Positions 23,896 through 36,704 of a DNA stretch of 64,000 nt are shown here, piece after piece. The stretch spans positions 70,556,001 through 70,620,000 of the forward strand of contig NC_043006.1 in the NCBI RefSeq assembly GCF_006345805.1. Direction: 5' to 3'. The first letter of the stretch is position 1. Each line of letters opens with the position of its first letter. The stretch comes from Octopus sinensis. Its lineage: Eukaryota. The position numbers were made by a program, and so were the translations under genes. The notes below the pieces were generated by a model. That model ran no database searches, had not been told where the DNA came from, and worked only from the letters and a program-made list of their open reading frames with translations.

Positions 23896-25137
23896 CAGGA
23901 GTTGGACAAAATAATGGAAACACCTTAAAATTTTGATCAAATTTATTTTAATATGGGGTAGGACCACCTTTGGCAGTAATTACAGCTTGAATTCTATGAG
24001 GTATGGACTCATACAAAGTTTGCATTGTTTTGAAAGGAATTTTTGTCCATTCTTCAGCTAATACCGTTCTTGTAGTGATGATGGTGGGGGATATCAACAG
24101 CTTACTTGTTTTTCTAAAATGCACCATAAATGTTCAATAATATTGAGATCTGGGGACTGTGGTGGCTAGATAAGATGCTCAACTTCACTAGAATGTCCCT
24201 CATGCCATTCAGTAACAACTTTAGCTGTGTGAATTGGTACATTATCATCCTGATAGATTGCATTTCCCCCTGGAAACAGTTCCACAACCATAGGATGAAT
24301 TTGATCCGATAAAATGCTTAAATAGTCTTTACTATTAATTCTGCCAGGAAGGGAAACCATTGGACCGGTAGATTTCCAAGATATAGCCCCCCCCCCCTAT
24401 CATCACAGATCCTCCTCCATGTTTAACAGTTGGAAGAAAGCAGTCTGGGTCAAATGCTTCTTTTAGCTGTCTCCACAGGTATACTTGGCCAGTGGTCGGA
24501 AATAAGGTAAAGGACGACTTGTCTGAGAAAACTTTCTTCCATTGCTCTAGGTTTTTGCTCCACTCTAAATGCTCTGCAACGTTTGTTTTTGAAAGTAGTG
24601 GTTTTCTGATTGCAACCCTCCCATGAAATCTGGATTTTTGCAGCTCCTGGCAAACAGTTTTGTAGAAAATGGATTCTCGAGGTGGTCATTAAGCTCTGCA
24701 GTAATTTTGGGAGCCGTACTTTTGTGATCCTTTCTAACAATTTGCGTAAGAGTGTGACGGTCCCTATCTGAAAGCTTTGGTTTTCTTCCAGACTTTTGTT
24801 TTGATGAGGCAGTTTTCCCTCTTTCTCATAGGCTGTCATTACTTGCGAGACAGTACTTCTCGATACACCAAACACTTCAGTTTTGTTCATTACACTAGCA
24901 CCTGCCATACGAGCACCAACAATTTGACCTCTATGAAAGTCCAATAGTTCTGTCATTTTAATGAATTTTAATTACCTTTTTCTTATGATATCTGAAAAGA
25001 AACAGCAATTTTAGCAAAACATATTAAGAAACACTAATAATAAATCAAAAAACATAAAAATAAACAAGCTTTTGACGGATTTATAGATATTTCAAAATTA
25101 TGATGCTAGGTGTTTCCATTACTTTATCTAACCCCTG
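23896..25137 (-). mobile_element. Decayed Tc1-family transposon; catalytic spacing D36E by manual count
   Basis: TA flanks; TIR CAGGAGTTGGACAAAATAATGGAAACACCT; MTELLDFHRGQIVG... N-terminus; YQDDNVPIH...*PPQSPDLNIIE. Confidence 0.92.
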
Positions 25138-25175
<38 letters not shown>

Positions 25176-25449
25176 ACACTTGCTTGACAACTGGTACTAG
25201 TGTGTTTATGTCCTTGTAAATTAGCAATTCAGCAGAAGGGACCAATAGGTTAACTGCTTGCCTTGTTCCAAAAATTTGAAGCCAACATTACTGTACTTCA
25301 TAAAATATATAGATACATTTGTAACACCAAGTATATAACATTATCCAATATTGTTACTGTATGTACAAATTAAACATACCTTATAATTATTACCCAATAT
25401 ACCATATAAACCAGTATTGTTACTGTCTGCCATATATCAGATGTTTACG

Positions 25450-25479
25450 GTTTCCTTTTTTCTATTCTTTCAGGTAAGT
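25450..25479 (+). promoter_or_regulatory. Candidate recursive splice site (3'SS immediately followed by 5'SS)
   Basis: TTTCCTTTTTTCTATTCTTTCAG|GTAAGT, junction 25473/25474, in unique sequence. Confidence 0.45.
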
Positions 25480-25635
25480 TACAATTTTGGAAGCAAGATC
25501 TTTGGTTCTTTATTCTGTATCTGATTGTCTCTTTGGTGAGTACTCCTTTCTGTATTCTTCTTCCAACTGTCCTCCTTCTTGTCTCCTTGGTGAGTACTGA
25601 TTCTTCACGCTATCAAATATTATCATTATTATTAC

Positions 25636-26400
25636 TAAGGCAGCGAGTGGCAGAATCGTTAGCATACCATGCAAAATGCTTAGTGGTGGTTCATCTATCT
25701 TTACGTTCTGAGTTCAAATTCCGCCAAGGTTGACTCTGACTTTCATCCTCTCAGGGTCGATAAAATAAGTACCAATCAAGTACTGTGGTGGATTTAATCA
25801 ATTTCTCCTCTCCCCCGAAATTGCTGGCCTTGTGCCAAAATTTGAAACCATTGTCATTATTATTACCAAGATGATGAGCTGGCAGAATTGTTAGAGCACC
25901 AGACAAAATGCTTTGTAGCATTTTTTATCTTTTCAGGTTCTAAGTTCAAATTCCACCAAGGTCAGCTTTGCCTTTCATCCTTTTGGGGTTGATAAAATTA
26001 GTACCAGTTATGTACTGGGGTCAATGTAATTGACTATCCCCCCTCCCAAGATTACAGGCCTTCTGGCTGTAGCAGAGAGGATTATTACTAAGGTGGCAAT
26101 CTGGCAGAATTGTTAGCACATTGGACAGAATGCTTTGCAACATTTCTTCTAGCTTTACATTCTGAGTTCAAATTCTACCAAGGTCAACTTTGCCTTTCAT
26201 CTTTTCAGGGTTGATAAAATAAGTGTCAGTTAAGCACTGAGGTTGATGTAATCAACAAGTGCCCTTCCCCCCCAAAAATTTCAAGCCATGTGCCTATAGT
26301 AGAAAGGGTTGCCAATATTATTACTTCACATGCTTCAAATTCTGTTATGGTAAGTCTTGCCTTTCATCCTCATGAGGTTCATAAAATTAAATACCAGTTA
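25636..26400 (+). mobile_element. Head-to-tail array of 3-4 SINE family B copies
   Basis: Copies begin at ~25636, ~25868, ~26088, plus a fragment at ~26340, joined by (ATT)n-like tails. Confidence 0.85.
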
Positions 26401-26720
26401 TGTCGTGGCACTCCGTCGATTATGACAACAAGGGTTCCAGTTGATCCGATCAATGGAACAGCCTGCTCATGAAATTAACGTGCTGGCTGAGCACTCCACA
26501 GACACGTGTACCCTTAACGTAGTTCTCAGGGAGATTCAGAGTGGGACAAGGCTGACCCTTTGAAATACAGGTACAATAGAAACAGGAAGAAAGAGCGAGA
26601 GGAAGTTGTGGTGAAAGAGTGTTTTCACTCAATAAACACTCACAGTGCCCGGTCTGGGAATCAAAACTGCAATCCTATGACTGCGAGTCCACTGCCCTAA
26701 CCTCTGAGCCATTGCACATC
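26398..26720 (-). mobile_element. SINE family D variant
   Basis: Body matches 700-1010 and 48605-48905. Confidence 0.75.
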
Positions 26721-26789
26721 CACACCAGTTATGTACTAGGGTAAATATAATGAAGTACCAGTCAAGTAGTGAAGGTTGATACAAATAAC

Positions 26790-27385
26790 TGCATGTAATA
26801 AGCACCATTCAAGTGTGAGTCATGCCAGTCTCGCCTGACTGGCTCCCCATACAGGTGGCACGTTAAAAAGCACCATCCAAATGTGGTCGATGCCAATCCC
26901 CCACTGACTGGCTCTTGTGCTGATGGAACATAAAAAGCACCATCCGAACGTGGTTGATACCATTGCCACCTGAGTGGCTCCTCATGCCAGCAGCACGTAA
27001 AAAGCACCATCCGAACACGGTCAATGCCAGTGCTGCCTGACTGGCTTCCTGTGCTGGTGACATGTAAAAAGCACCATCTGAACATGATCGATGCTAGTCC
27101 CCCCTCCCCGATTGGCTCCCGTACCGGTGGCATGTAAAAAGCACCATCTGAACGTGGTATATACCATTGCTGCCTGACTGGCCCCCATGTCAGTGGCATG
27201 TAAAAAGCACCCACTACACTCTTGGAGTGGTTGGAGTTAGGAAGGGCATCCAGCTGTAGAAACCTTGCCAGATCAGATTGGAGTCTGGTGCAGCCTTTTG
27301 TCTTGCCAGCCCTCTGTCAAACCATCCAACCCATGCCAACATGGAAAGCGGATGTTAAATGATGATGATGATGATGATGATGATG
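26790..27385 (+). mobile_element. RTE LINE 3' end with about seven ~66-bp tandem units
   Basis: Repeating AAAAGCACCATC units, then the family C body and (GAT)n tail. Confidence 0.8.
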
Positions 27386-28099
27386 AACTGCTTTCTCCAA
27401 AATTTCTGGTTTTATACTCATAATAGGAATTTAAATTAACAAAATCATTAGGGCATTGGGAAAAAATTGCTTTGATGTATTTCTCTTGGCTCTGTATATT
27501 CTGGGTTCAAATTCTGCCAAAGTCGACTTTGTTTTTTTATCCTTTCATGATCAATAAAGGTAAAGTTTGCAGAGTGAAGCTGCTTGGCACAGATTGTCCT
27601 TGAACTCTGTTGCATATGCACATTAAGTTGTAAAGTGTGTAGAGTGTGGTCATCTCACCACACCATAAAGGCTCCACAAGTGATGATGACAGAGAAAATG
27701 TATGTGTGTGTGTGTGTTGTGTGTGTGTGTGTGTATGTGTATGTGGAAAGAGAGACATGGCTTGAAGGTTATTATGGCCAAAAATCTTTCCAAGAATCAA
27801 ATTCCACTTGAAAAGAAAATTTCAAAAAGTTGCAAAAATCCAAGAGAATGCTATGGGGCAGCTGTTAGCTGTTCGCTATCCCCAAAAAGAACTTCTAGGA
27901 ATGCTTCCATCAATGGAAACAATGCGGATAAAGTGTATGACTTCAGAAAGGGTCTACTTCAAAGGAGATTAAATGCTGAATTGCTTATATGTTGTAGTTT
28001 CATTTTTATGGCTCCAGTCTTGATACTTTTTGATCAGACTTCATAGGAGGATCTAAAAGCATGAAACACTTTATACATACCCACATGTACACACAGTAA

Positions 28100-28490
28100 A
28101 TATGTTTGTATGTGGTAAGTAGCTTGCTTACCAACAACATGGTTCTGGGTTCAATTCCACTGCGTGGCACCTTGGGCAAGTGTCTTCTACTAGAGTCTCG
28201 GGCCGATCAAAGCCTTGTGAGTGGATTTGGTAGACAGAAATTGAAAGAAGCTCATCGTATATATGTGTGTGTATATGTTTGTGTGTCTGTGTTTGTTCCC
28301 CCAGCATTGCTTGACAATCGATGCTGGTGTGTATACGTGCCCGTAACTTAGCGGTTTGGCAAAAGAGAGTGATAGAATAAGTACAAGGCTTACAAAGAAT
28401 AAGTCCTGGGGTTGATTTGCTTGACTAAAAGCAGTGCTCCTGCATGGCTGCAGTCAAATGACTGAAACAAGTAAAAGAGAGTAAAAGAGT
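28100..28490 (+). mobile_element. SINE family A
   Basis: Full-length match. Confidence 0.85.
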
Positions 28491-28522
28491 ATATTTGTAT
28501 GTATGTGTATATATATATATAT

Positions 28523-28809
28523 ACTGTAGTGTCTGGGGAGAGTCATTCTCTTTTAGTGCCTTATTATTTAACACACTCACTGGTAAAATTTCCACTTATT
28601 TCTTATTTTCATTTTCTAAAGACTATTGAAAAGGTTGCAACACGCAACGAAATTTTAGAAAATGAAAATAAGAAATAAGTGGAAATTTTACTAGTGAGTG
28701 TGTTAAATAATAAGGTACTAAAAGAGAATGACTCTCCTGAGACACAACAGAATATGCTTCATCACACGAACTCATATAAATAATCTTGCAAACCAAATCC
28801 AAAGATGAA
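28523..28809 (+). mobile_element. Fold-back element family F2 with a U3-A8 hammerhead variant at the turning point
   Basis: Inverted arms; 28623-28658 reads CTA TTGAAAA G GTTGC AACAC GCAAC GAA ATTT TAG; 3' end abuts (TA)n. Confidence 0.65.
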
Positions 28810-29859
28810 ATATATATATATATATCTATATGTATATATATGGTGATGTTGTTGTTTAATCCCAGGTCAACCCTGATTAAGCAGATCTGTGATCAACAAG
28901 AGACCTTTGAACTGTGATCATCCTAACTTTTGTTTTTGTTTTATGAAAACAGTGTACCTAGGATCACATTGTCCAATGTTCTTCCTGTTTTTCTTTCTTT
29001 CTTTCTTTCTTTCTTTTTTGAGATTGTTGGCAATGGTTCCAGAAATGGTGGTGGTGTTGTAGTTGGTGATGATTATTTTAAAACATGTTCACACCAAAGT
29101 GGTGGTGGTAGTACAGCTAGGCACAGCAGTGGCAATAACAAGAATAGACCATGGTGGTGGATTTGGTGGTGGCGGCTGCAACAGTGGTGGTAGTGGTGGT
29201 GGCGATGGTGGTAGTTGTGAGGACAGGCCACAAGGATGGCAGTAACATGAATAAACCACAGTGGTAGTGGTGGTGGTGGTGGTGGTGGTGGTGGTGGTTG
29301 CAGCAGCAGAGGAGGAGACTAGTTCTGTGAGTGAAGTGGAGGATGGTAAGAGGAAAGGAGTGGATTGCGGTGGCAACATTTATAGTAATTAACTAATTTA
29401 TTGACATAGTTACATTTACCTAATTATTGATTGAGGTACCAGTGGTTGTGGTTATAGTTGTAGTGATAGTGGAACTGATGTTGATAGTAGTGGTAGTAGC
29501 AGTAGTAGTAGTAGTGGTGGTGGTGGTGGTGGTTGTGGTAGTAATGGTGAGGAGGAAGAAGCTAGTGATTCCCGAAACACATTGTACTGATTATAACATA
29601 CACAAATGTACACTGCACATGTGTGTGTATTCTTAACCCACAGTCACATGTATTTATGTACATCCATGTGGTTCAAATAAATGCACATGCATGCACACAC
29701 ACATACACACACACACACACGTACACCACACGTGTGTATGTATTTGTTTGAACCTCATGAGATCATCACTCTGCAAAGAAAGCTTCTACTTTGCTGGATG
29801 CCAAGAACCCAGAAATCCATGTTTGGCTCCTCTTCTTCCTCATGTCTGAACTCTTTAGC

Positions 29860-30230
29860 ATTTAAACTGGCTGTATCTTGGCCTAATAAAGACCGCCTTC
29901 GATCGTGAATGACCATGAGATTGCACCTAGAAAGTTCCCCTCCAAGACACAAGTCTGGGCAAGGTTTTTTATGGAAAACCAGCTGTCATCCATGCATACC
30001 AGCCTCCCTTTTCCACACCACCGATGTTATCCAAGGGAAAGGCAAAGGCCAACACAGCTTGGCACCACTGGCACCACAATTCATTTCTACAGATGAGTGA
30101 ACTGGAGCAATGTGAAAATAAAGTGTCTTGCTCAAGAACACAACACGCAGCCTGGTCCAGGAATTGAACTCATTACTTCATTATTGTGAGCTCAACGCTC
30201 TAACCACTGAGCCATGCACCTTCACTTGGC
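29860..30230 (-). mobile_element. tRNA-head SINE, family E (related copies ~42410-42600 and ~50500-50760)
   Basis: Shared GCAAGACACTTTATTTC core with a distinct tail. Confidence 0.7.
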
Positions 30231-30504
30231 CTAATATTCTACGAGTTTTATGTTCAATTCAGCCGGATCCAGCATTTCACACCTACCCTACATTCGCGTG
30301 CACACATGTGTGTGTGTGTATGTGATTGTCATCGTTTTAATGTCACCTTCTCCATAATTGTATGGATCAGATACAATATGTTGAGGCAGGTATTTTTACG
30401 GTCAAATGTCGTTAAGTAAGATGAAGAACCAGTCAAATACTAGAAGTCAATATATTCAACTGTTCCACCCAACAAAAATTTCAGGCCTTGTGCCTTATCA
30501 TCAT

Positions 30505-30790
30505 CATCATCATTTAATGTCTGTCTTCCATGCTAGCATGGGTGGGACAGTACCACAAATGCCGGCCAGGCCAAGGCCTGCATCAAACAGTTTTGGCAGT
30601 ATTTTTACAGCTGGATGACCTTCCAAATACCAACCACTCAGCAGAGTGGACTTAGTGCTTTTTACATGGCACAAGCACAGGCGAGGTCAGTTTTGGCAAG
30701 GTTTTTACTGCTGGATGTCCTTATGAACACCAACCACTTTACAGTGTGGACTGGGTGCTTTTAAGTGGCACCTGCACTGACAGGGTCACC
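30505..30790 (-). mobile_element. RTE LINE 3' end (family C, diverged)
   Basis: (CAT)n tail and body. Confidence 0.65.
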
Positions 30791-30885
30791 AAGTATGTTA
30801 GAAACAATTATAATTATTCATGGTTTGAGAAATACTCTTTTATATATATATATTATATATATATATATTTATATATATATATATT

Positions 30886-30919
<34 letters not shown>

Positions 30920-30926
30920 ATATATT

Positions 30927-31092
30927 AGGTGCAGGAGTAGCTGTGTGGAAAGAAGCTTGCTTCCCAACCACATGGTTCAAGGTTCTAAAGTTCAGTCACA
31001 CTGCATGGCACCTTCAACAAGTGTCTTCTGCTATAGCCTCAGGCCAACTAAAGCCTTGTGAGTGGATTTGGTTGACGGAAACTGAAAGAAGC

Positions 31093-31100
<8 letters not shown>
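30927..31100 (+). mobile_element. SINE family A, 5' half
   Basis: Head match. Confidence 0.75.
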
Positions 31101-31149
<49 letters not shown>

Positions 31150-31391
31150 GCACAATTAAAGGTTACAAGCCTCATTCAGGTTTGCAGCTGTTTACTCAAT
31201 GTGAGGAAATTGAACACCTACTTTGTATACCTTTCTCCCTCTGAGGAGATTCAACTTTCATATAATTTTTAATTTAATTAATTAATTTTCTGAGAGCCAG
31301 AAAATTAATTAATTAATTAGTTTTCTGTAAGGGATGTTCGTCAATTGTTTAATTAATAAATAATAATTTATTAATTACCTTTCTATTTTCT

Positions 31392-31690
31392 CATCATCAT
31401 CATCATCATCGTTTAACGTCCGTTTTCCATGCTAGCATGGGTTGGACGGCTCGACCGGGGTTCTGGGAAGCCAGGAGGCTGCACCAGGCTCTAGTCTGAT
31501 CTGGCAGTGTTTCTACTGATGGATGCCCTTCCTAATGCCAACCACTCTGTGAATGTAGTGGGTGCTTTTTACGTGCCACCAGCACAGGTGCCAGAGGAGG
31601 CTGACAGTGGCCACAATCAGACAGTGCTTTTTACATGCCACCGGCACGGAAGCCAATCAGGGCGGTGCTGGCATCAGCCATGTTCTCATC
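31392..31690 (-). mobile_element. RTE LINE 3' end (family C)
   Basis: (CAT)n tail and body. Confidence 0.75.
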
Positions 31691-31965
31691 TTATCATTTT
31701 GATTATATATATATATATGTGTGTATAACTATGTGTATGTGTCTTTGTGTCTATGTTTGTCCCCAACCATCACTTGACAACCAATGTTAGTGTGTTTATG
31801 TACCCATTACTTAGTGGTTCAAGAAAAGAGACTGATAGAATAAGTACTAGGTTTAAGAAATTAAGTCCTGGGGTTAATTTATTTGACTAAAACCCTTCAA
31901 GGCAGTGCTCTAGCATGGCCACAGTCAAATGACTGAATCAAGTAAAAGAATATACATATGTATAT

Positions 31966-32371
31966 CAGACACGTGCTGTCAGTAATTACTCAGGGTAGGC
32001 AGTTGGTGACATTTATGTAGTAAAACACAAAAAAATAAACAAAATACAGGCATGTGACTGCGTTGGAGGCAGATTTACTTCTGCCTTTATAGTACGTAAA
32101 GAAAATGTTGTTGTAGGAATGTACACAGCACATGTGCTACAGCAATACTATGCGTAGCTTTAATACTGAGATCGAAAGGCAGGGATAAATTATGCCTACC
32201 TAATCTACAAAAAAATAAAATATTTTGTATTTTATGCATAGTAATCAAACTAACTTTCATAGTTTTATTGAATTTGGTGCATATTTCGACTTAAAAGGAA
32301 ACTGTTACTATCGATCTATTTTATTCAGAGTAGGCACTGCCTACCTTTCCTACCCTGGTGGCATGTCCCTG
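31966..32371. mobile_element. hAT-type MITE
   Basis: Perfect 8-bp TSD ATGTATAT (31958-31965 and 32372-32379); CAG...CTG ends; subterminal GGGTAGGCAG motifs. Confidence 0.75.
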
Positions 32372-32670
32372 ATGTATATATTTATACATATGTAGGCAAA
32401 ATTAATAGAGGCTGCAAAAATGACAGAGGGTGTTGATTAGCACTCTAAAGGTACTAAAGCACAAATTCAACAACTGACAAAGGGAGGTAAGTCCCTAGCA
32501 TACACAACCGTATCATGATCTTGAATTTTAGTGCAGACCACCTTAATTCTCATCAGTGGTTCTTAGCACCTAGGGTTAAACTCAACTTCCTTTGTCAATC
32601 TTATAATAAAAACTGTTGAAATCATGTGTTGATTTTCAAAACAGTACAAATATGTGTGTGTGTGTGTATA

Positions 32671-32885
32671 CAGTAATCCCTTGACTATCGCAGGTGTTAC
32701 ATTCCAAAACCTCCATGATAGGTGAAAATCCGCAAAGTAGAAACAGTACTGTACTGTATATTTTTTTAATTATTTTTATAATTTGTATATATTTATTTTA
32801 TTATAAATGCAAAACAACACCACGGTGGAATTGACATAGGCTTAAAACCATGATAGGTGAACCATGATATGGCGAGGGATTACTG
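32671..32885. mobile_element. pogo/Tigger-type MITE
   Basis: TIR CAGTAATCCCT / AGGGATTACTG; TA on the left. Confidence 0.75.
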
Positions 32886-32934
32886 TGTATGTATATATAT
32901 ATATGTGTATGTATATATACATACATATATATGT

Positions 32935-33200
32935 AAGAGGGATGATCACTAAGTGGACATCCATGTGCTAGAAGTCGACCCCCTATAGTCTTACCAAGAA
33001 AATTTAGCTAAATTTTCTTGAGAACATTCCTTTCTTAGTGGTAAGACCATAGGGGGTCAACTTCTAGCATATGGATGTCCACTTAGTGATCATCCCTCTT
33101 GTATATATGTAATATAATTTTTCTGAATCTTCAGATTTTTCTGTATGCTAGACCACTGGTTTTAAATTGATAGTCAATTTTTCACCTTTATTATTCTAAA
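32935..33200 (+). mobile_element. Family F1 3' fragment with spacer-less fold-back
   Basis: Palindromic centre AAGAAAATTTAG|CTAAATTTTCTT at 33007/33008; main copy ends at (TA)n. Confidence 0.75.
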
Positions 33201-33784
33201 TGTATATATATATATATACATATATATATACATATATATATATACATATATATATATACATATATATATATACACACACACATATACACACACACATTGG
33301 GCTTTTTTCAGTTTCCATCTATGAAATCCACTCACAAATTTTGGTTGGATATATCAATGCTAATTAATCCACTGTTGTCACAATTGTCACCAATACAGAT
33401 TTACAGTTTATTATATAGCATCTGGCGGTCTGTCTGTGTGTCTCTCTGTCTGTTGAAGTGCCATAATATTTTCTCATTCTCCTTTTTCTAAGACAGGCAG
33501 GGTTTCATGTAAATACTTAAAGCTTCTCCTTGAAGCAGTTGAAGCTGAGTGGTCAGGCATATCTAGGGTAAATCTGATATGTTATTGTGTCATTAAGTCT
33601 ATTGTGTAGAAACCAGTGTGAAATATCCTTCTAGATTATGTTGTTGCGGAAAATACACCACTCAAACATTCGTCTTCTCCATGTGTTGACCTTTGGAGAT
33701 GTCTTGGTGAGGTGGTGGTGGTGGTTGTGGTGGTGGTGGTGGTGCATGGTAAATCTGTTTCTACTGTTGCTTATTTTGTACACA

Positions 33785-33818
<34 letters not shown>

Positions 33819-33941
33819 CAAACAATAGAGCCTGGATCAGTCTTATGACTTGCCGTCCAACCCATGCCAGCATGGAAGGAGGACGTTAAAGGATGATGAT
33901 CACACACACACACATACACATCAATATGTAAATACATACAC

Positions 33942-33972
<31 letters not shown>

Positions 33973-34135
33973 CACATACATGTACACACATAGACACACA
34001 CATTGATGGTGATTGCTCCATCTTCATAGATGATTGCAGTCTCTCCATGCTTCCTCATTGTCAGCGGCATTTCTGACTTTCCATTCATGACCTCTCACAT
34101 GACTATTCAATTCCGATGCAGAGCCGCATATGTTA

Positions 34136-34180
<45 letters not shown>

Positions 34181-34799
34181 ACACACATCACATGGATATC
34201 TATAAATATAGGTCATTCAGTTTGTGGAAATATTGACCATGTAAAAGCATGCCTCCTTTTGTAGTTGGCTGCCATGGTGATCATCATCATCATCATCATC
34301 ACCATCACCACCATCACCATCATTATTGTCATTATTCTTGGTTACATACAAAATAGGCTGAAATTACAGCAAGAATTATTATTAATGAAAATCTGATAGA
34401 TTTTGCATTTCCTTGTTGGATACCAATGGCCATCACCATCATCATCATCATCATCGACGTCATCATTGTCATCGTCGTCGTTATTGTTGTTATTGTTAAT
34501 TATGATTGTTAATGAAATGGTCATCTTGGCAGTGGAATAAATTACCAGGATGTTAATATCCTTCACAGACCAATCAACGTAATTTTTATGGACTCCTATT
34601 TGTATTTAGGCTTTGCTGTCATTGTTGCTTTTCTTTGTTCAGTGTTGCTGTTGTTGTTGTTGTTGTTGTTGTTGCTATTGTAGTTGTTCAAATTGTATAT
34701 TTAGCCCCAGGCCAACCTGATCGAGAAAATCTGTATTCTTCTTCAGACATTGTATCTGAAAACTATGCATAGACACAGGCGTGGATGGGATAGGCATAA

Positions 34800-35185
34800 G
34801 TGCGGTTGTGTGGTTAGAAGATTGCTTCCCAATGACATGGTTCCAGTTTCAATCCTACTGTGTGGCACCTTGGTTGAGTGTCTTCTATAACTTCAGTCTG
34901 ACCAAAGCTGTTTGAGTGGATTTGGTAGAAGGAAACTGAAAGAAGCCCATTGTATATACGCACATGCGTGTGTGCATGTCTTTGTGTTTGTTCCACTTGA
35001 CAGCCAGTGTTGGTGTGTTTTATGTCCCTGTAACTTAGCAGTTTGGCAAAAGGAACTGATAGAGTAGGTGCCAGGCTTAAAAAAAAAGCTAAGTACTGGT
35101 GTTGATTCATTTGACTAAAAGCTCTTCAAGGTAGAACCCCAGCATGGCCACAGTCTGAAACAGACTGAAACAAGTAAAAGATAAA
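34800..35185 (+). mobile_element. SINE family A (diverged)
   Basis: Head-to-tail match. Confidence 0.75.
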
Positions 35186-36141
35186 GATGTAGCCTTCATA
35201 TGTGTGTATGTGTGTGCATGTGGTGTGTGTGTGTAAGTGTATGCACGTGTGTGTAATTGTGTGCGAATGTGTGTATGTTAGTGTGTGTGTCACCATGTGT
35301 GTGTGTATATCAGTGTGTGTGAGTGTGTGTATGTTGGTGTGTGTAGTGTGTGTTAGTGTGTGTGTGTAAGTGTATGTAAGTGTGAGTAAGTGTATGTGCA
35401 TGTGTATAAGTGTGTGTTACTGTGTAAATGTGTGTGTGTGTAAGTGTACCCAACCATTGTTAAATTAGGGACAACATATTTCTCTGACCTTAGAACAGCC
35501 CACCATGACCTTCCCTTCTCCTCTACCTCAGTGGAATAAATACATCTGTCGGGTGGGATGGGAAGGATTTAGGGACACTGGCCTTTCAACCAACTACCTT
35601 TCAGCACAGGTTTTTCACCTCACTGGTGGGGCCCTGCAGGTAAAGGTGGACTGAGTTCCACAAAATGCTATCTCAGCTACCATCGTTGCTTATCCATCCT
35701 TACCTCGTCTCACCACACCCCCTATCTTTCTGCTGACAAGTCAAATGCTCTTTTTTTTTTATACTTAATCAAACCTTCAAAGCTCCTTAAAGATTTATTC
35801 CGGCTCCCCCCACTCCTGCTGCATCCTGTCACTCCTCCACCACCACCACCACACCACCACCACCACCACCACCACCCAAACAAAATCCCTTCGTTCACTT
35901 GATTGCATTCCCTCTTGCTAACTGTTTCCATGATAACACAAGACAGGCATCACCACATCCATCCTTGCACCCCCATCCCCCCCTCTACTCCTCCCGCAAC
36001 ACAACAACAACAACAACATCCTGCCCTACCCCTGCTGATTCCCTGCAGTTAGTTCCACACCCCACCTATTTCTTTCCTCTCCTCTCCCTCTCCACTGTTC
36101 CTTAAACTGTCAGGAACTCAGTCAGTGGAAGTACGTGTATG

Positions 36142-36183
<42 letters not shown>

Positions 36184-36704
36184 TGCATGCGCACGTATAC
36201 ACACCTCTATCAGTACATGAACATGAGTGAGAGGGTGTCTGTCTGCATATGTGAGTGTTTGTGTTTGCATATTTTTCAGATATGTGTGTGGTGTAATGGT
36301 GTTGGTGGTGGTGGTGGTGGTGGTGGTGGTGTGTGTGTGTGTATTAGAGCACCTGTTGGTTTTTAATTACCAAATTGATTGCTGTTTGCTACATGATGTC
36401 TATGCCTATTAGTTACTGCTAATTAATAAATAAAATAGATTATTAATACAACAACAACATTGATTTGCCACAGGGTCCCTATAGACACTATGTTACAGGA
36501 GAAAAAAATATGTATAATCACTGCCATCACCATCACCTTTATCATAACATCACCACCATAACATCACTACTGCCATTTTCACCATCATCATCTTCATCAC
36601 CACCCCATTATCATTACCACCACTGTTATAATCAACCTCATGACTCTCCAAACTAAGAGATCCTCTGTGCAATTATTTGATCTGTTAGTAATAGCCACAA
36701 AATA

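Noticed and set aside
24450-24956. 168-aa ORF as an intact gene
   Set aside because: It is the Tc1 transposase N-terminus running out of frame after a frameshift.
26790-27210. Regularly spaced repeats resembling a CRISPR array
   Set aside because: Whole units are homologous with no unique spacers, they are part of a LINE 3' end, and there are no cas genes.
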